A program made the position numbers and the translations under genes. From Octopus bimaculoides (Eukaryota): a DNA stretch of 64,000 nt. The stretch lies in assembly GCF_001194135.2 (NCBI RefSeq), contig NC_068982.1, positions 23,943,726-24,007,725 on the forward strand. Reading direction: 5' to 3'. A model generated the notes under the pieces. It ran no database searches, had not been told where the DNA came from, and was given only the letters and a program-made list of their open reading frames with translations. Positions 1 through 12,992 of this stretch are shown in pieces; within the stretch, counting starts at the first letter, position 1; every line of letters starts with the position of its first letter.

Positions 1-310
1 GTCATCCTTGCTATAATCGTATAAACATTCGTACATATCTTATGCGTTACAAGAATCGATGTCAAACCATCAACTCAGGATTATATATCCTGACGCATAA
101 TTTACAATATTCATAAAATCAAGATTGTAGAAGTGGAGAATCAATAAAATGAAGACCCATTTTTTAAAACATATTCTTAAATTATAAATAACGAAAATTA
201 TCACTAAATCTGGAGAAATTGTACATGTGTCTTGACAAGATAAAATGTTTTGTGAAGCACCGAACCTAATCAGTCATCAACAAACGAAATCTATATCGTT
301 AATATGTATA

Positions 311-1351
311 TATTGGGTTGGCAACTAAGTTCCCGCTGTTTTTTTTTATTTACCAATTTTAAAAGGTTTAATAAAATAAAACAACTAATTAATCAATAAT
401 ATATTCACCCGTGTTCTTTACAACTTCTTCTCAACCTTCAACAAGATTTTCAACAGCTCGTTGGTAGAAATCACCCGATTTCGACTCGAAAAATGATTCA
501 ACCAAGCTGTCAATTCTGCATCAGTATTGAACGAAACTCCGCGCATAGCATTTGAAAGAGATCGAAAGAGGTGGAAATCCGTTGGTGCCAAATCAGGAGA
601 GTACGGCGGCTGTGGCAGTACTTACCAGCCACGCGTTTGAATGGCTTCCTTGGTCATATTGGCGATATTAGGGTGGGCGTTGTCGTGCAGCAGGAGAACT
701 CCGTGCTGCCGATAAGGTCTTTTCTCTTGAATAGCCGAGTTGTGTCGTTCCATCTGTTGAACATNNNNNNNNNNNNNNNNNNNNNNNNNNNNNNNNNNNN
801 NNNNNNNNNNNNNNNNNNNNNNNNNNNNNNNNNNNNNNNNNNNNNNNNNNNNNNNNNNNNNNNNNNNNNNNNNNNNNNNNNNNNNNNNNNNNNNNNNNNN
901 NNNNNNNNNNNNNNNNNNNNNNNNNNNNNNNNNNNNNNNNNNNNNNNNNNNNNNNNNNNNNNNNNNNNNNNNNNNNNNNNNNNNNNNNNNNNNNNNNNNN
1001 NNNNNNNNNNNNNNNNNNNNNNNNNNNNNNNNNNNNNNNNNNNTAGCAGTGTGGGAGCATTGCATTCTCTCTGGCAGTTCCCTTGTCGTTTGGTGAGACT
1101 TTTCGTGCAAAAGTTGGTTTAATCACTCTTCATCGAACTCAAATGAGACAGCCAGCACCAGTTACGTCTTTGGGGTAAAAAATTCCATTTTTGAAATAGG
1201 CATACCAATCACAAGCGGTTCATTCAGCTATGGCACCCGCTCCATACACAATAGAAATGTCCCGGGAAGCTTTTGTGGCCTTAGAACCTTGATTAAAAGC
1301 AAAAAGAAGCAAGTGTTGAAAATGTTCGTTTTTCTTAACTTGACATTCCAT
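311..1351 (-). mobile_element. Mariner (Tc1/mariner) DNA transposon remnant with decayed transposase; one TIR visible
   Basis: Minus-strand translation gives MECQVKKNEHFQHLLLFAFNQGSKATKA (ATG 1351), HEKSHQTTRELPERMQCSHTA, VQQMERHNSAIQEKRPYRQHGVLLLHDNAHPNIANMTKEAIQT (HDNA catalytic motif) and C-terminal GEYIID* (stop 389-391). TATTGGGTTGGCAACTAAG at 311 resembles mellifera-type mariner TIRs. There are frameshifts, an N-gap at 764-1043, and no second TIR was found. Confidence 0.9.
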
Positions 1352-2434
1352 TTTAATGATCTGAAAATAAACATAAAGTAACTTTGAGTGGTCCAAAGAA
1401 AAATCAGAGCCCATGAAATCTATGCTGTTAATGTTGATTCTAAAATTGTACGCTTTAAATAGAGTTAAGAAGTGAGAGACGAAACTACGAGTCTGAGTTT
1501 GCAGGCTAGCATAGCTTTGCTAATTAATGCATAAATTGCGGTTACATTTGAAGGCAATCATTCATCAGAGGTTGCGAACAGGAAATTTTGAAGTGTCAGA
1601 GCGTAATTAGAAAGCTGCAAGTAAGATAGTGACGTCAAAATTGAATCGTAAATCTCAATAGTGAAAACTGATGTCCGAAATACATGAAAGAAATTTATTC
1701 GATGACCCCAAAATATACATTCTTAGAGTTAATGTTGAATGCAAATTCATATATTGAAAGATATTGATAGATATTGATAATTCATGGACACTTACGAATG
1801 CAATGGAAGAGAAATAGAATAAAACAGTCAACAACATTTTTAGGGCAGTACAATACGGTTGTTTGGAGCAACGCTCATTTACTATTGTGTAATACGAAAA
1901 TACACCAATATTAATAACGACTGCCATATCAAACAGATGTATGTATCTGGGAAACTACCGGTGATGGTATATGAGGTGGTAGATCATCGATATGGTAACC
2001 AGAAGATGGTATGAGAAGAGATATATCTTAACTAACAGTTTCATATACTGCTAGGTGAAATAAGCGTTAAATGAGACTGTACTATAGATAAGATGGAGGT
2101 CTGGAAAATTGATATAATTTGCTATATATATATATAAAGAAAATAAGACAAGGTAGAAGATGCTAAAATAATTTTAACATGAAAAACATTTTACTATCAG
2201 TTTCAGTCTTTGCGTCTTTTTCAACTTTTTCAAAAACGATTAAATTGTGAAATTAAATCACATGTTTTTTACAAAATATTCACATAGTATTCCAATGCAA
2301 GGGATATTTTCCGTTTTTCTGTATGTCTGTCTTTCTCTTTGTATTCTTGTGAGTGCATGGTAGCAGGCAGTAGGTAATAGCAATAATTTACCTTATACAT
2401 ATCAACTCGTGTGTCCTTTTTATCCTCCTACAAT

Positions 2435-2437
<3 letters not shown>

Positions 2438-2519
<82 letters not shown>

Positions 2520-2704
2520 CTATATATATATATATACATACATATATATATATATACATACATATATATATACACATACATATATATATATATATATAAT
2601 ATAAATATATGTATATATCTGTGTGTGCGTGTGTATTTTTATATGTGCGCACACACACACATACACACATATCAAGATAGACAGACAGACAGACAGATAG
2701 ATAG

Positions 2705-2761
<57 letters not shown>

Positions 2762-2787
2762 TATAGATAGATAGATAGATAGATAGA
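2438..2787. repeat. Compound microsatellite (CA)n-(TA)n-(GACA)n-(GATA)n
   Basis: Direct reading of the sequence; it explains the THTH/YIYI ORFs. Confidence 0.95.
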
Positions 2788-3109
2788 ACAAGGCTATTGG
2801 TGTAGGCTAAGAACCAAAGTACAATACTAAAAAGAAGTCTATATTATAAGCGTCTGGCCTATGATATTTGAGAACGAAACCGAATAAGAATCCTTTTGAA
2901 GATCGAGTAACAAACCCTAATAACAGTCCTTCACGAATCATCAGTCCTCTTTTGCAGACGTTCATACTCTAGAAGTAAAATGTTTACATTGATATTATAC
3001 ATTTAGTGAGATTTTATCATACATTTATATTAATCCTTCTGATTTACTCTCTGAAGCGCATAAATATATAGAGATAGACAATAATATATACGCACATATA
3101 CACACACAC

Positions 3110-3166
<57 letters not shown>

Positions 3167-3342
3167 CACACATACATATATATACACACATATGTGTATA
3201 ATTATATAGTACACTATATGTATACATACAAACAAGCACACGCACATATACACACATACCTGTATATATATATATGCACACACACACACATATATACACA
3301 CATATGTGTATACTTATATAGTACTCTATATGTATATATATA

Positions 3343-3396
<54 letters not shown>

Positions 3397-4518
3397 AATA
3401 TATATATGCATACCTATATTTATATCTATATCTATCTTTCTATAAATATAATAAATATATATATATATACATATATATATGCATGTACGTGTGATATATG
3501 TTATATCAACAGAAAAACTTTTTTTTTGCGGCACCTGTTGCATATAAAAAGATTTCGTGCATTGTCGTAACGAGTTAACGTCAGCACGAATTCATTCATA
3601 AATTAAAACCAAAATATTGTGCAAAAAATAATGGAAGAAAGCATACAAATATGAAGTTGCATTAACTCGGTGGTCGATTCTAACTTTCTCATTTATAATA
3701 TTTCTGTACTAAAATTCCAGCAGAAGAATAAGAAAAACAAAATATTTATTTCTGGCATAAATAAATTGAACCAGCTTCTCCCTTGGTGATTTTGCTGTTT
3801 GTGTAAAAGCTTCTTACCAATCTTATTACTCAATTAGATGAGCCAGCTTTCATATTGGTAATAAACACCGTGAACGTGTAAAGCAACTGGCTAAAATGAT
3901 TTATTCACGATTTACCAAGCCGCATGGAGTCAAGAAATGTAATCACAAAAGAACATATTGGCTTCTGAGATTCAGGCATAGAATGATAAACAATAACGAG
4001 ATTCCGAATAAAGAAAGTAAAATGAAAGTTAAGAAAGATTGATTTGAATGGTCACTACAGGAACGTATTAATAGTTGCATGAATATATACATGAATATAT
4101 ACATGAATATATATACATATGTTATAACCGGCAAACATACGTATATATGCAGATAATAATGTATGCATAAAATATACAAAAATATATGTACACGCACACA
4201 CATACAAACAGTTATATGTGTGTACATTTGTATGTATGCATGCCTCTCTTTTTCTCTCTCTTTTAATATATATATGTGTGTGAGTGTATATATATATATA
4301 TAGTATATAGTATATATATATAGTATATATGTATATATAGCGAGGGATGTAGACATGATAAATTTATGCATGTATGCGTGTGAGCATGCGTATTTTTGGG
4401 GCATATATATTTACACATACACACATACATATGAGTGTGTACGTCTATATGAATTTCAATGCAGATGCTTGCTTGCGTGCGTTTGTGTGTGTGTCTGTGT
4501 GAACACTGTAGGATATGA

Positions 4519-4587
<69 letters not shown>

Positions 4588-5327
4588 ACTAAAGAAAAGT
4601 GAAGAGTTTTGTATAAACGCGTATATACCTGCGCTTCGTTCTCTCTTTAGAAACATGTGAGTCTACGAGTTCAAATTGAGTATTGCGATATGAAAGGAAA
4701 AATATATTCATACAGATCTCATTTATGGCTGTTTCAAATATAGCATATGCTAAAATGTTACACAGTCAGACATGAATATGTATGATACATGGGTTGAACT
4801 CTCATACTACAATTTCCTGTTCACTTATTGTCAAGGAAGAAATAAACTATGGAAGATAACTGATTTTTTATTCTGTATGTAGACAGCTTGGCCGAATAAC
4901 ATAAATTATATCGTGTTCTCCTGTCATTGTTCCTTTGAAAACATTAAAAAAATAATATATCTGTATTTTGGTTCAATTTAGAAAACAGTAGTTGCATTTG
5001 TCGAAATAAGAGGCTTTTATTAAAAGCTTACATCTGATGTAAACACTACAAGGCCGTTGCTATGCAAGTTCCATTTACTTTTTGAGAAAATTTTAAATTT
5101 ATATATAAATTGTTATCATAGCTCCTCTGTGACGTAGTAATCTATAGCTTTCTGAATGATGGTCTAACACCTTAAATATTCCTCACCGCATTAAAATGAT
5201 AATTATAATTCGGAGAAGACTAACTGACCCTTGAACTACCTCCGGCTGCTCAAACAGAGGCATGCACATACACACACATCACAAAATACTCAGAAACAGC
5301 TACATACATGTAGACAAATATGGAAAA

Positions 5328-5379
<52 letters not shown>

Positions 5380-5797
5380 AAACAGGTAGAAAGGAATATA
5401 TATATATATATATATATATATATTGAGGTTATAAGAGGTAATGGTGTCAAAAAGGCTCAAAGGTGTCAGGTAATGCTGGGTAAGAGCTTTTTTTCTTTTT
5501 TTTTTTCCTTTCTACCTGTTTTTGATTACAAACACATTCCCAACTTTTAAGTCACTTGAAAAAAACCCTCGATCCAATAACACGGTTTACAAACTCTTTG
5601 CTTGGAATGACCTATTTTAAATACTATTGTAACTTACACACAAAGTATAGGAAACTTATATGTATGTCATTCTGTTTAAATAACGGAACTGCAGATACAA
5701 TATCCCTCCATATCTCACGTTTGTATTCATTCCTCCACTTCACTCTCTGTTTCATATCTTCTCTACAATAACTATTGCTTTACCATTTTCCCATACC

Positions 5798-5846
5798 GTC
5801 TCCGATGAAGGGACGTATAAAATATCCCGGAAACATCTGTAAGAAC
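5798..5846 (+). ncRNA. Minimal type-I hammerhead ribozyme-like motif (Penelope-type), core variant CCGAUGA
   Basis: GTCT-CCGATGA-a-GGGA(loop)TCCC-g-GAAAC-ATCT-GTA-AGAAC: stem I GTCT/AGA(a)C, stem II GGGA/TCCC, GAAAC and a GUA cleavage triplet. The U4>C core change is non-canonical. Confidence 0.55.
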
Positions 5847-5913
5847 TCTTTATAATTGTTCTGAAATCTTTCAGACCGTTGGATTTTTATCTCGTTCTGT
5901 TAATTTTATATAT

Positions 5914-5921
5914 ATATATGT

Positions 5922-6015
<94 letters not shown>
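5914..6015. repeat. (TG)n microsatellite
   Basis: Direct reading of the sequence. Confidence 0.95.
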
Positions 6016-6017
<2 letters not shown>

Positions 6018-7045
6018 TAATTTTTCCTGACTCAGCTAGTGCATACATATATATTAGTACATATGAGTATAAAAGATTTTTTATATGTATAAAATCAACT
6101 GTTTTCCATAAATATTTTCTCTAAATTTAGCGTATGTTTCTTCATATATATTATATGTAAGTGTTACTTATTCAAAGAGGTAGTTAAGGGATCAGGCTTA
6201 TATATTAGAAACAATTTTCAACAATATCACTTAAGGCAGAAATCTTTCATAGCATACTGGTATTTTTAGAGTTTCAATGTACATCACTATACTTCAGGTT
6301 TCCAGTATAAGTGTCGTTGAAATATATTTGGATTAAAATGATACAATCATCACGTGATAAACTACTCGTAGAACAACATTTTTAAAATCACAATAATTAT
6401 ATTGCATTAGATTTCACACGATACTTATCCACTTAAATCATTAAAAGAAGAACGAATATATAAATTTTATTTCCGAAAGCAAACAATACTCACTTAATTG
6501 AAAGATGGCTCTTAATTTGAGATAGACAAATATAAATATAAAAGTGATGAAGGAAGAGGTGATAGATTCATGACTGCTATATATTTCTTAATATTAATTT
6601 GCATCATTAGTGGGAAATATATTTAAATGATATGGACTTGATCTGTGCTAACACTAATTCGGCATTGAATCATGATGTCGGAAAGGCTCTGTTTTGTGGA
6701 AATTAAGTTACCTTAGATTTGTTTGCGCCAAAGACTTCCTCTTTGTTGTGATTGATAAATCTCGCAGCAAGACGGGGTGAAATTTAAGGTTCTGGACTTC
6801 CTTGATGAATATGCTTTTTGTTCAACATATTTTAGACACTGTTTTCAAATCCTGAGTCAGAATATCAGCTGATATCAAATGGGGTGTGGGACATAGAATG
6901 TTCTGCTCAATGTGCGGCCGCGTCTGCTATAGAGGATAATTTGGTTCGTGTAGTTACGTAGATATTTGGTTTTTTTGTAAGTGTAATTGAAAAGTATAGT
7001 CTTGAGATTTGTTTGCATGCGATTCTGGTTGTTCTATCAGTGAAG

Positions 7046-7079
<34 letters not shown>

Positions 7080-7438
7080 TGTATGTATGTATGTATGTAT
7101 GTATGTATGTATGTATGTATGTATGAATGCATGTATGTTTCTATTATCGAGCACTATATACCGGATTATTGAACATAAGCGATCGGACCTTTACCAACAG
7201 TTTCGCATTTATTATTCGAAACTCCAGATAAACAGGCACAGGCAAATCTGCGTAGTAAGAAGTTTACTCCCCAGCCACATGATTCTGAGTTATTTTGCTA
7301 TTGCTACGGGCGGTGCAAGGCCTTGAGTGTCGAATCGGTAGGTGGAAACTGAAATAAGTACGTCGTATGTAGCTGTTGTTCAATGCTATCTCTTGGATTA
7401 ATTTTTATACCTCCCACTTTCTCTCTCTGTCTCTCTCT

Positions 7439-7481
<43 letters not shown>

Positions 7482-7491
7482 NNNNNNNNNN

Positions 7492-7534
<43 letters not shown>

Positions 7535-8487
7535 ACGAGCATAATAGTTTTAAAATCTCTTAGTGAGATATGAGTAGTAACGATACTAAACAGCAACGTT
7601 TATTGCAGCATAATGTTACTATAGTTTAACCTCAGGAAAACATCTTTCTCAGCTAGTTACCGATACACAAACTAAGTCTGATACATTTAGAACAAGGAAG
7701 TGAACTACAACCCTCTAGCTTTAGCACGACCAGTAGACAATGGCCTCTAGTGTATACCTGCCGACTAGAGATGTCAGTTTGTCTCTCTCTATCTATCCAT
7801 ATTTATATATGTATGTGTGTGTGCGTGTCTGTGTTTGCATGTATATGTATACATACATACATACATACATACATATAAATGCAAGTGTATATGGTCTATA
7901 GCCCAAAACGCTCTGAGACAAACGAATTTGAGTTTTTAACTTTACGTCCCACAGACAATGTCGTTCGTAAATAATAGAAATTTATAATTTTCTTAGAGAA
8001 ATTACTCAATCATTATCAATTATCTCTACATCCTTTGAATATGTGTTAACTTTCAAGCAATGCTTCATTTTGTTTAAAAACTCGAGTTCTAATGTTTCAT
8101 TTCATTTTATGATACATGGCTTATTACCCACGAAATAATGATGGAATGTGTTAGAAAACAACAGCTAGGTCTCTCTTAAAACACATTGTCGTCAGAAAAT
8201 TATTATGAAATTATGAGCAAGTTGCAGATTCGGGTTATCCGTAATTTAAAACTATGATCAGAAAATAATTCTGAAAAGCAGCCGAAATGTTAGGATATAC
8301 ATATGATTAGACAAAGCACATATATATATTCGTGCGTATAAATAGGTTTCTTTCCACTTATATATGTGTGTACATTTCTCTTTCCAGAAAATATCACAGA
8401 CAGCATAAAATTTAAATAATGTGTTACCAATTATAAGATTTAAGATGAATTTATCTCACAATCTTTCGATAATATCTCCGACTAAAG

Positions 8488-8563
<76 letters not shown>

Positions 8564-8712
8564 AAGAATATGAGGGGTTTAGTTCACTGATGATCTAAAC
8601 CAATAGGTATGCTGCGTAAAGACTATAATTGGCCATCCGTCAGGTACCACTCCAGCTGAGGCTGGAGCTAGGCATCTGTAATAGGCTTCCGAATCAGGAG
8701 GTATATTTTAAC

Positions 8713-9320
8713 GGAAAATGGAAAGTAAAACCAAGATAAGACAAGTATCTCAGGTCATTTAGAATGTTTAGTTAGAGTAAGGTTATTCAAAGTAAGGTGA
8801 ATCAAAAATGGACAAGTAGAAATAGCTGTAAGACAGATATTTCTGGCGTATCCAAGGTGATGGGTCAAGGTATTCCGTCATCAGATTCAAGGTGTGCATG
8901 CAGAAAAGTTCCAGAGACAAGGTTCATTCATAAAAAAAAGAGCAGTAGTTAAAATAAGAAAGACAGGAGAATAAAGTTCACAGTTCATCTTGTTCTAGAA
9001 GGTATGAACGTTGCCCTCTGGAATAAGTTGAACTTTGAACTTTATTCTCCCGCCTTTATTCTTCTATCTCTTGTTTTATTCTTCTATACACAGTGAATTG
9101 TGTGTCTGGAATTTTTCTGCATACATACTTTGTCTCTGATGACAGAATACCCAGTGTATGGAGATGCTGACTCATCATCTGGGATACGCCGGAAACACAT
9201 GTAAGTCATTAATTACTTCTATTTCTCCATTTTTGAATCACCATACTTTACCTTACTCAACTAACTATTCTGAAATGACCAGAGATACTAGTCATGCCTT
9301 AGTTTTGCTTTCGATTTTCC
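8713..9320. mobile_element. ~600-bp imperfect foldback (inverted repeat) element, probably Penelope-derived, flanked by (TA)n
   Basis: Arms 8713-9002 and 9014-9320 are reverse complements, for example GGAGAATAAAGTTCACAGTTC vs GAACTTTGAACTTTATTCTCC and TTTCTGGCGTATCCAAGGTGATGGGTCA vs TGACTCATCATCTGGGATACGCCGGAAA. The loop is ~11 nt (9003-9013). (TA)n tracts lie at ~8490-8560 and ~9325-9361. Confidence 0.85.
9132..9207 (+). ncRNA. Type-I hammerhead ribozyme-like motif in the right arm of the foldback
   Basis: GTCT-CTGATGA-c(ag)aatacc...ggatacg-ccg-GAAAC-ACAT-GTA-AGTC. It has the same layout as 5798-5846. A more decayed counterpart lies on the minus strand at ~8828-8890. Confidence 0.55.
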
Positions 9321-9322
9321 TT

Positions 9323-9363
<41 letters not shown>

Positions 9364-9394
9364 AATGTCTAGGTGTGTATGTGTGTGTGCGTAT

Positions 9395-9530
9395 CTATGT
9401 GGGTGCATTCGTACTTTTGTTTGTCCTCCATCACTACTTGACAACCGCTGTTGGTTTGTTTATGTGTGTGTAATCTCGCGGTTTGGTTAAAATCGATAAA
9501 ATAAGCACTATACGTTCTGGGTCGACTCAT
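9395..9530 (+). mobile_element. SINE family A, partial 3' half
   Basis: TTGTCCTCCATCACTACTTGACAACCGCTGTTGGTTTGTTTATG matches the body of the copy at 38150-38531. Confidence 0.65.
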
Positions 9531-9728
9531 GCGGCTAAAACTATTGAAGGTGGTAACCCAGCATGGTCGGAGTCCAATAATTTAAAGAATAAAAGATGTT
9601 TGCTTTTATGGAGAAATGAAGGACTATTATAAAGATATTGGATATCCCTTGTTTCAGAAAATAGCAGCTCTTTGAAAGTGAAAATATGTGTTTCGTGTGG
9701 CTGCTGGGTCATTTAGAATGTAACTAGT

Positions 9729-10025
9729 GAAAGCGCGTGGCTTAGTGGGTAGGGCATCCGGCTCACGATCGTAAGGTTGTGAGATCAATTCCCGGCGACG
9801 GGTTGTGTCCTTGAGCAAGACACTTTATTTCACGTTGCTCCAGTCCACTCAGCTGGCAAAAATGAGTAGTACCTGTATTCCAAAGGATCAGCCTTTTCAC
9901 ACTCTGTGTCACGCTGAGTCTCCCTGAGAACTACATTAATGGTACTTGCACGTTAATTTCATGAGCAGGCTGTTCCGTTGATCGTATCAGCTGGGACCCT
10001 CGTCGTCGTAACCGACGGAGTGCTC
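9729..10025 (+). mobile_element. tRNA-derived SINE (family B), near full length
   Basis: A-box TGGCTTAGTGG, B-box-like GAGATCAATTCCC, core GTGTCCTTGAGCAAGACACTTTATTTCACGTTGCTCCAGTCCACTCAGCTGG, and tail CGTCGTCGTAACCGACGGAGTGC. Related copies occur at 22810-22895 and 32455-32600. Confidence 0.85.
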
Positions 10026-10299
10026 CTACAATGTAACTATTGAACAAGAGCGAGACATTGATTCCTTTAGTCTTTGATGATACTGATACGTTGATTTCAG
10101 AAATCCTTGTGAAAAAAACGCATCAAATTATATCGTTTGTCTTTTCTTCTTTTTTTTCTCAGTAAGATCGTGCTTAACAATTAATGTGTACACTTGATAA
10201 TATGTAGACTACATGTAGTTGTAAGATTATGCTATGATATTGTACCTTTATTCAATGCAAAATAATGGGGATGAGGTTGTAATAAAGCTGTTAGCTAGT

Positions 10300-10500
10300 A
10301 GAATCATTACCGCATCATAGAAAATATTTGCGACATTTCCTCCGGGTTTTTTACTTCTGAGCTTCAACTCCAGCAAGGTTGACTTTGCCGTTCATCGTAT
10401 CGGGACCAATAAAATGAATATCAGTTGCGTACTAAGTCTCTGTGTCTGACTAGCAACCTCCCCGTAAATTTGAGATCTTATGATGCCAATGGAACGAATC
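10300..10500 (+). mobile_element. SINE family C, diverged copy
   Basis: GAATCATTACCGC...AAGGTTGACTTTGCCGTTCATCGTATCGGGACCAATAAAATG aligns by eye to copies at 20385, 34495 and 51140. Confidence 0.65.
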
Positions 10501-11775
10501 CTTTTCAGCTATATTCATGTATTCCTGTTCGTTTAATGTGTTTAATCAATAGTTTTCTCTCTGTGTAGCTTATTACGGTTAATTTTCTCCGCGGTCGCTT
10601 GTAATTTTTATTAGATGATATTTAATATTTGGCATCCGTATATACATCTTAATCAACAAAAGGCAGAAAAAATTGGCTGATCTCGTTTAAATTTCCAATT
10701 AATATATACTACGAATATGAAATATATTCGTTATGTTCACACCTTCAGGGGTAATTAAATATTCAGATTTTACCTTTTGTCAATCCCTTGTAAAATAACA
10801 CTGTTAATAATATTTAAGTTAGCTTAAATGAATAATTGTATGTTTTTATTAGATTTCACATACCTTCATTGTTTGAATGTCACTTTTAAGGATATAGATA
10901 CCTATCTCCAACTAACTCTGATCAATATCAGCAAGAAATAAAAATAATGGGTTATACAATATACAAAGACACACTTATTTCACATATTTATGACAGAAAA
11001 TAGGCATGATTCAATATCTTCATTAGTTATGAAATATTACCTAAGTGATATATTATACGTTACTAGTGATTAAGATACCAGTTAGCTGTTGATGTTTTGT
11101 TCATCATCGCCTGTTTACAAAAGTCATACCGAAGATATGAACAGCACTCCAAAATCAACAATGTGCCATCCAAAGTTGCATTAATATGATTAAATTTTAG
11201 AGTAATGAACGGTTAAGTAGAAATATGTTCAGAAATGAAGGATTGTATTTCATTAAGTGTTGAAGAACTTATACTTCATTCGACCATACGCTTTCTCTCT
11301 CATATATAAAGCAAACACTTCAGAGTTGTTGCCCAGCCAGCGATATATGAGACACTAAATGGACAGGAAGAAACATAATAATGTTAAATTATTTAATATT
11401 TAAAGCATTAAATCTTATTTCACCAGATACGTTCAAGAATATTTATTTTATTTCACCAGATACGTCTAGGAATAATTTTTTGCCTTGACATGCGTAAGAA
11501 AAATGTAAAACACTGCAGCTATCTCGAAAAGCTGAAAATATCAAATATTTATTTACAAATAGAGTGCCAGACCGTAGGCGTTTGCTTCTGTTTCATTTCA
11601 GTATTTCTTAAAGTTTTTATACCTCAAATCTGCTCTATTTAATTACTGAGTTTTATTGTTTTCAATTATTGTCAATATTTGCTTTTACATCAACTCACAC
11701 AACTTCAATATTTCCACTGACTTGCATACTTTAATCTATCTATCCATTTATCTATATCTACCTATCTATCTATCC

Positions 11776-11815
<40 letters not shown>

Positions 11816-11930
11816 GTCTTTATACTTGTGTATGTGTATGAGTGCGCGTGTGTGTGTATTTCTGTTTGTCTCTCATCTCAGTCTGGCCCGTTTTTCAACA
11901 TTTTTGACCCTCACTATCTGTTACTCTCTT

Positions 11931-12017
<87 letters not shown>

Positions 12018-12883
12018 GGTTCTCTTCAAGTCTGACAGACTCTCACATTTATTTAATCTCTACAATAATAATCCTTTCTCTTCAACTTCTTTCATAACAT
12101 AATATTTTCTCCTGTTTCTGAGGGAAAGTAACACACAGAAAAAACATAAATTTGACATTTGATTTATCGAAATGTTTATAGTTCTTATAAACGTATCATG
12201 TGAAGCGCAAGCTTACAAATATCTACTATCTATATGTTTCAGGAGTTCTTAAATTTTCAGTATATAATCATATTATTTTCCTTGGACTTTCACTTATCTT
12301 AACTCTCTTTATATCATGTTTTCTTCATTTTATTTATTACAATAAGCAATATACATAAACTAGGAAGTGATAAAATACTTTCCATTTCTTCTATGAAGTC
12401 TGTACACCTCTTCCCTCTCTGCTGTAGGTAACTCTAGCAAAATATTCACCTCTACACTGTCTGTTCATTTTATAAATTTTAATTCTATAATCTAAACAAA
12501 TTAACAATTAATCTTTGAATGTGATTAAAAAAAAAAAAGTGAGACCCCCATGCTGCTGGTCACCAGCCTGGAGAAGATCGCCCATTTAGATTTGCAAATA
12601 TGTTGATAAATGACTAGGCTAAACAAGCGTAGCTGTGCTGAGATATTCTCTTTTCTTTATGTCTAAATGTAAAATTATGACTAGAGTAGTAATTCAATTA
12701 TTAGACATAACATTTAGTTGCTGACATTTAGACAAGATAGATTAGTGCTATAGAAATCTAATGAGAAAATAGACTGAAGAAAAATACACGTTGAAGTAGA
12801 GAGGTATGGCGGCTAATAGTATTAGAATCAAAATTGCAGCATCAGTATCGTCGGCACTGACACCGAGATTAGTTACAGCAGGA

Positions 12884-12955
12884 AGTCGTAGCAGCAGCAG
12901 CGGCAGTAGTAGTAAAAGTAGTAGTAGTAGCAGTAGTAGTAGTATCAGTAGTTAT

Positions 12956-12990
<35 letters not shown>

Positions 12991-12992
12991 TA
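12884..12992. repeat. (AGC)n/(AGT)n trinucleotide microsatellite
   Basis: Direct reading of the sequence; it gives the poly-Ser ORF at 12806-13003. Confidence 0.9.

Noticed and set aside
571-1122. 183-aa plus-strand ORF
   Set aside because: It is antisense to the mariner transposase and mostly an N-gap.
2409-4660. Many YIYI/THTH/CVCV/ERER ORFs (also throughout the window)
   Set aside because: They are translations of dinucleotide microsatellites.
6660-6960. Minus-strand RPHIE...PHLI resembling the CR1/L2 RT C-terminus (VRPHLEY..VW.P)
   Set aside because: Only about 5 residues match and flanking motifs are not recoverable, which is too weak to call.
9737-9800. tRNA-like A/B boxes
   Set aside because: This is a SINE head without a complete cloverleaf, so it is not called as a tRNA gene.
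11410-11475. ~35-bp direct repeat (TTTATTTCACCAGATACGT) twice
   Set aside because: It has only two units and no spacer series, so it is a local slippage duplication and not CRISPR.
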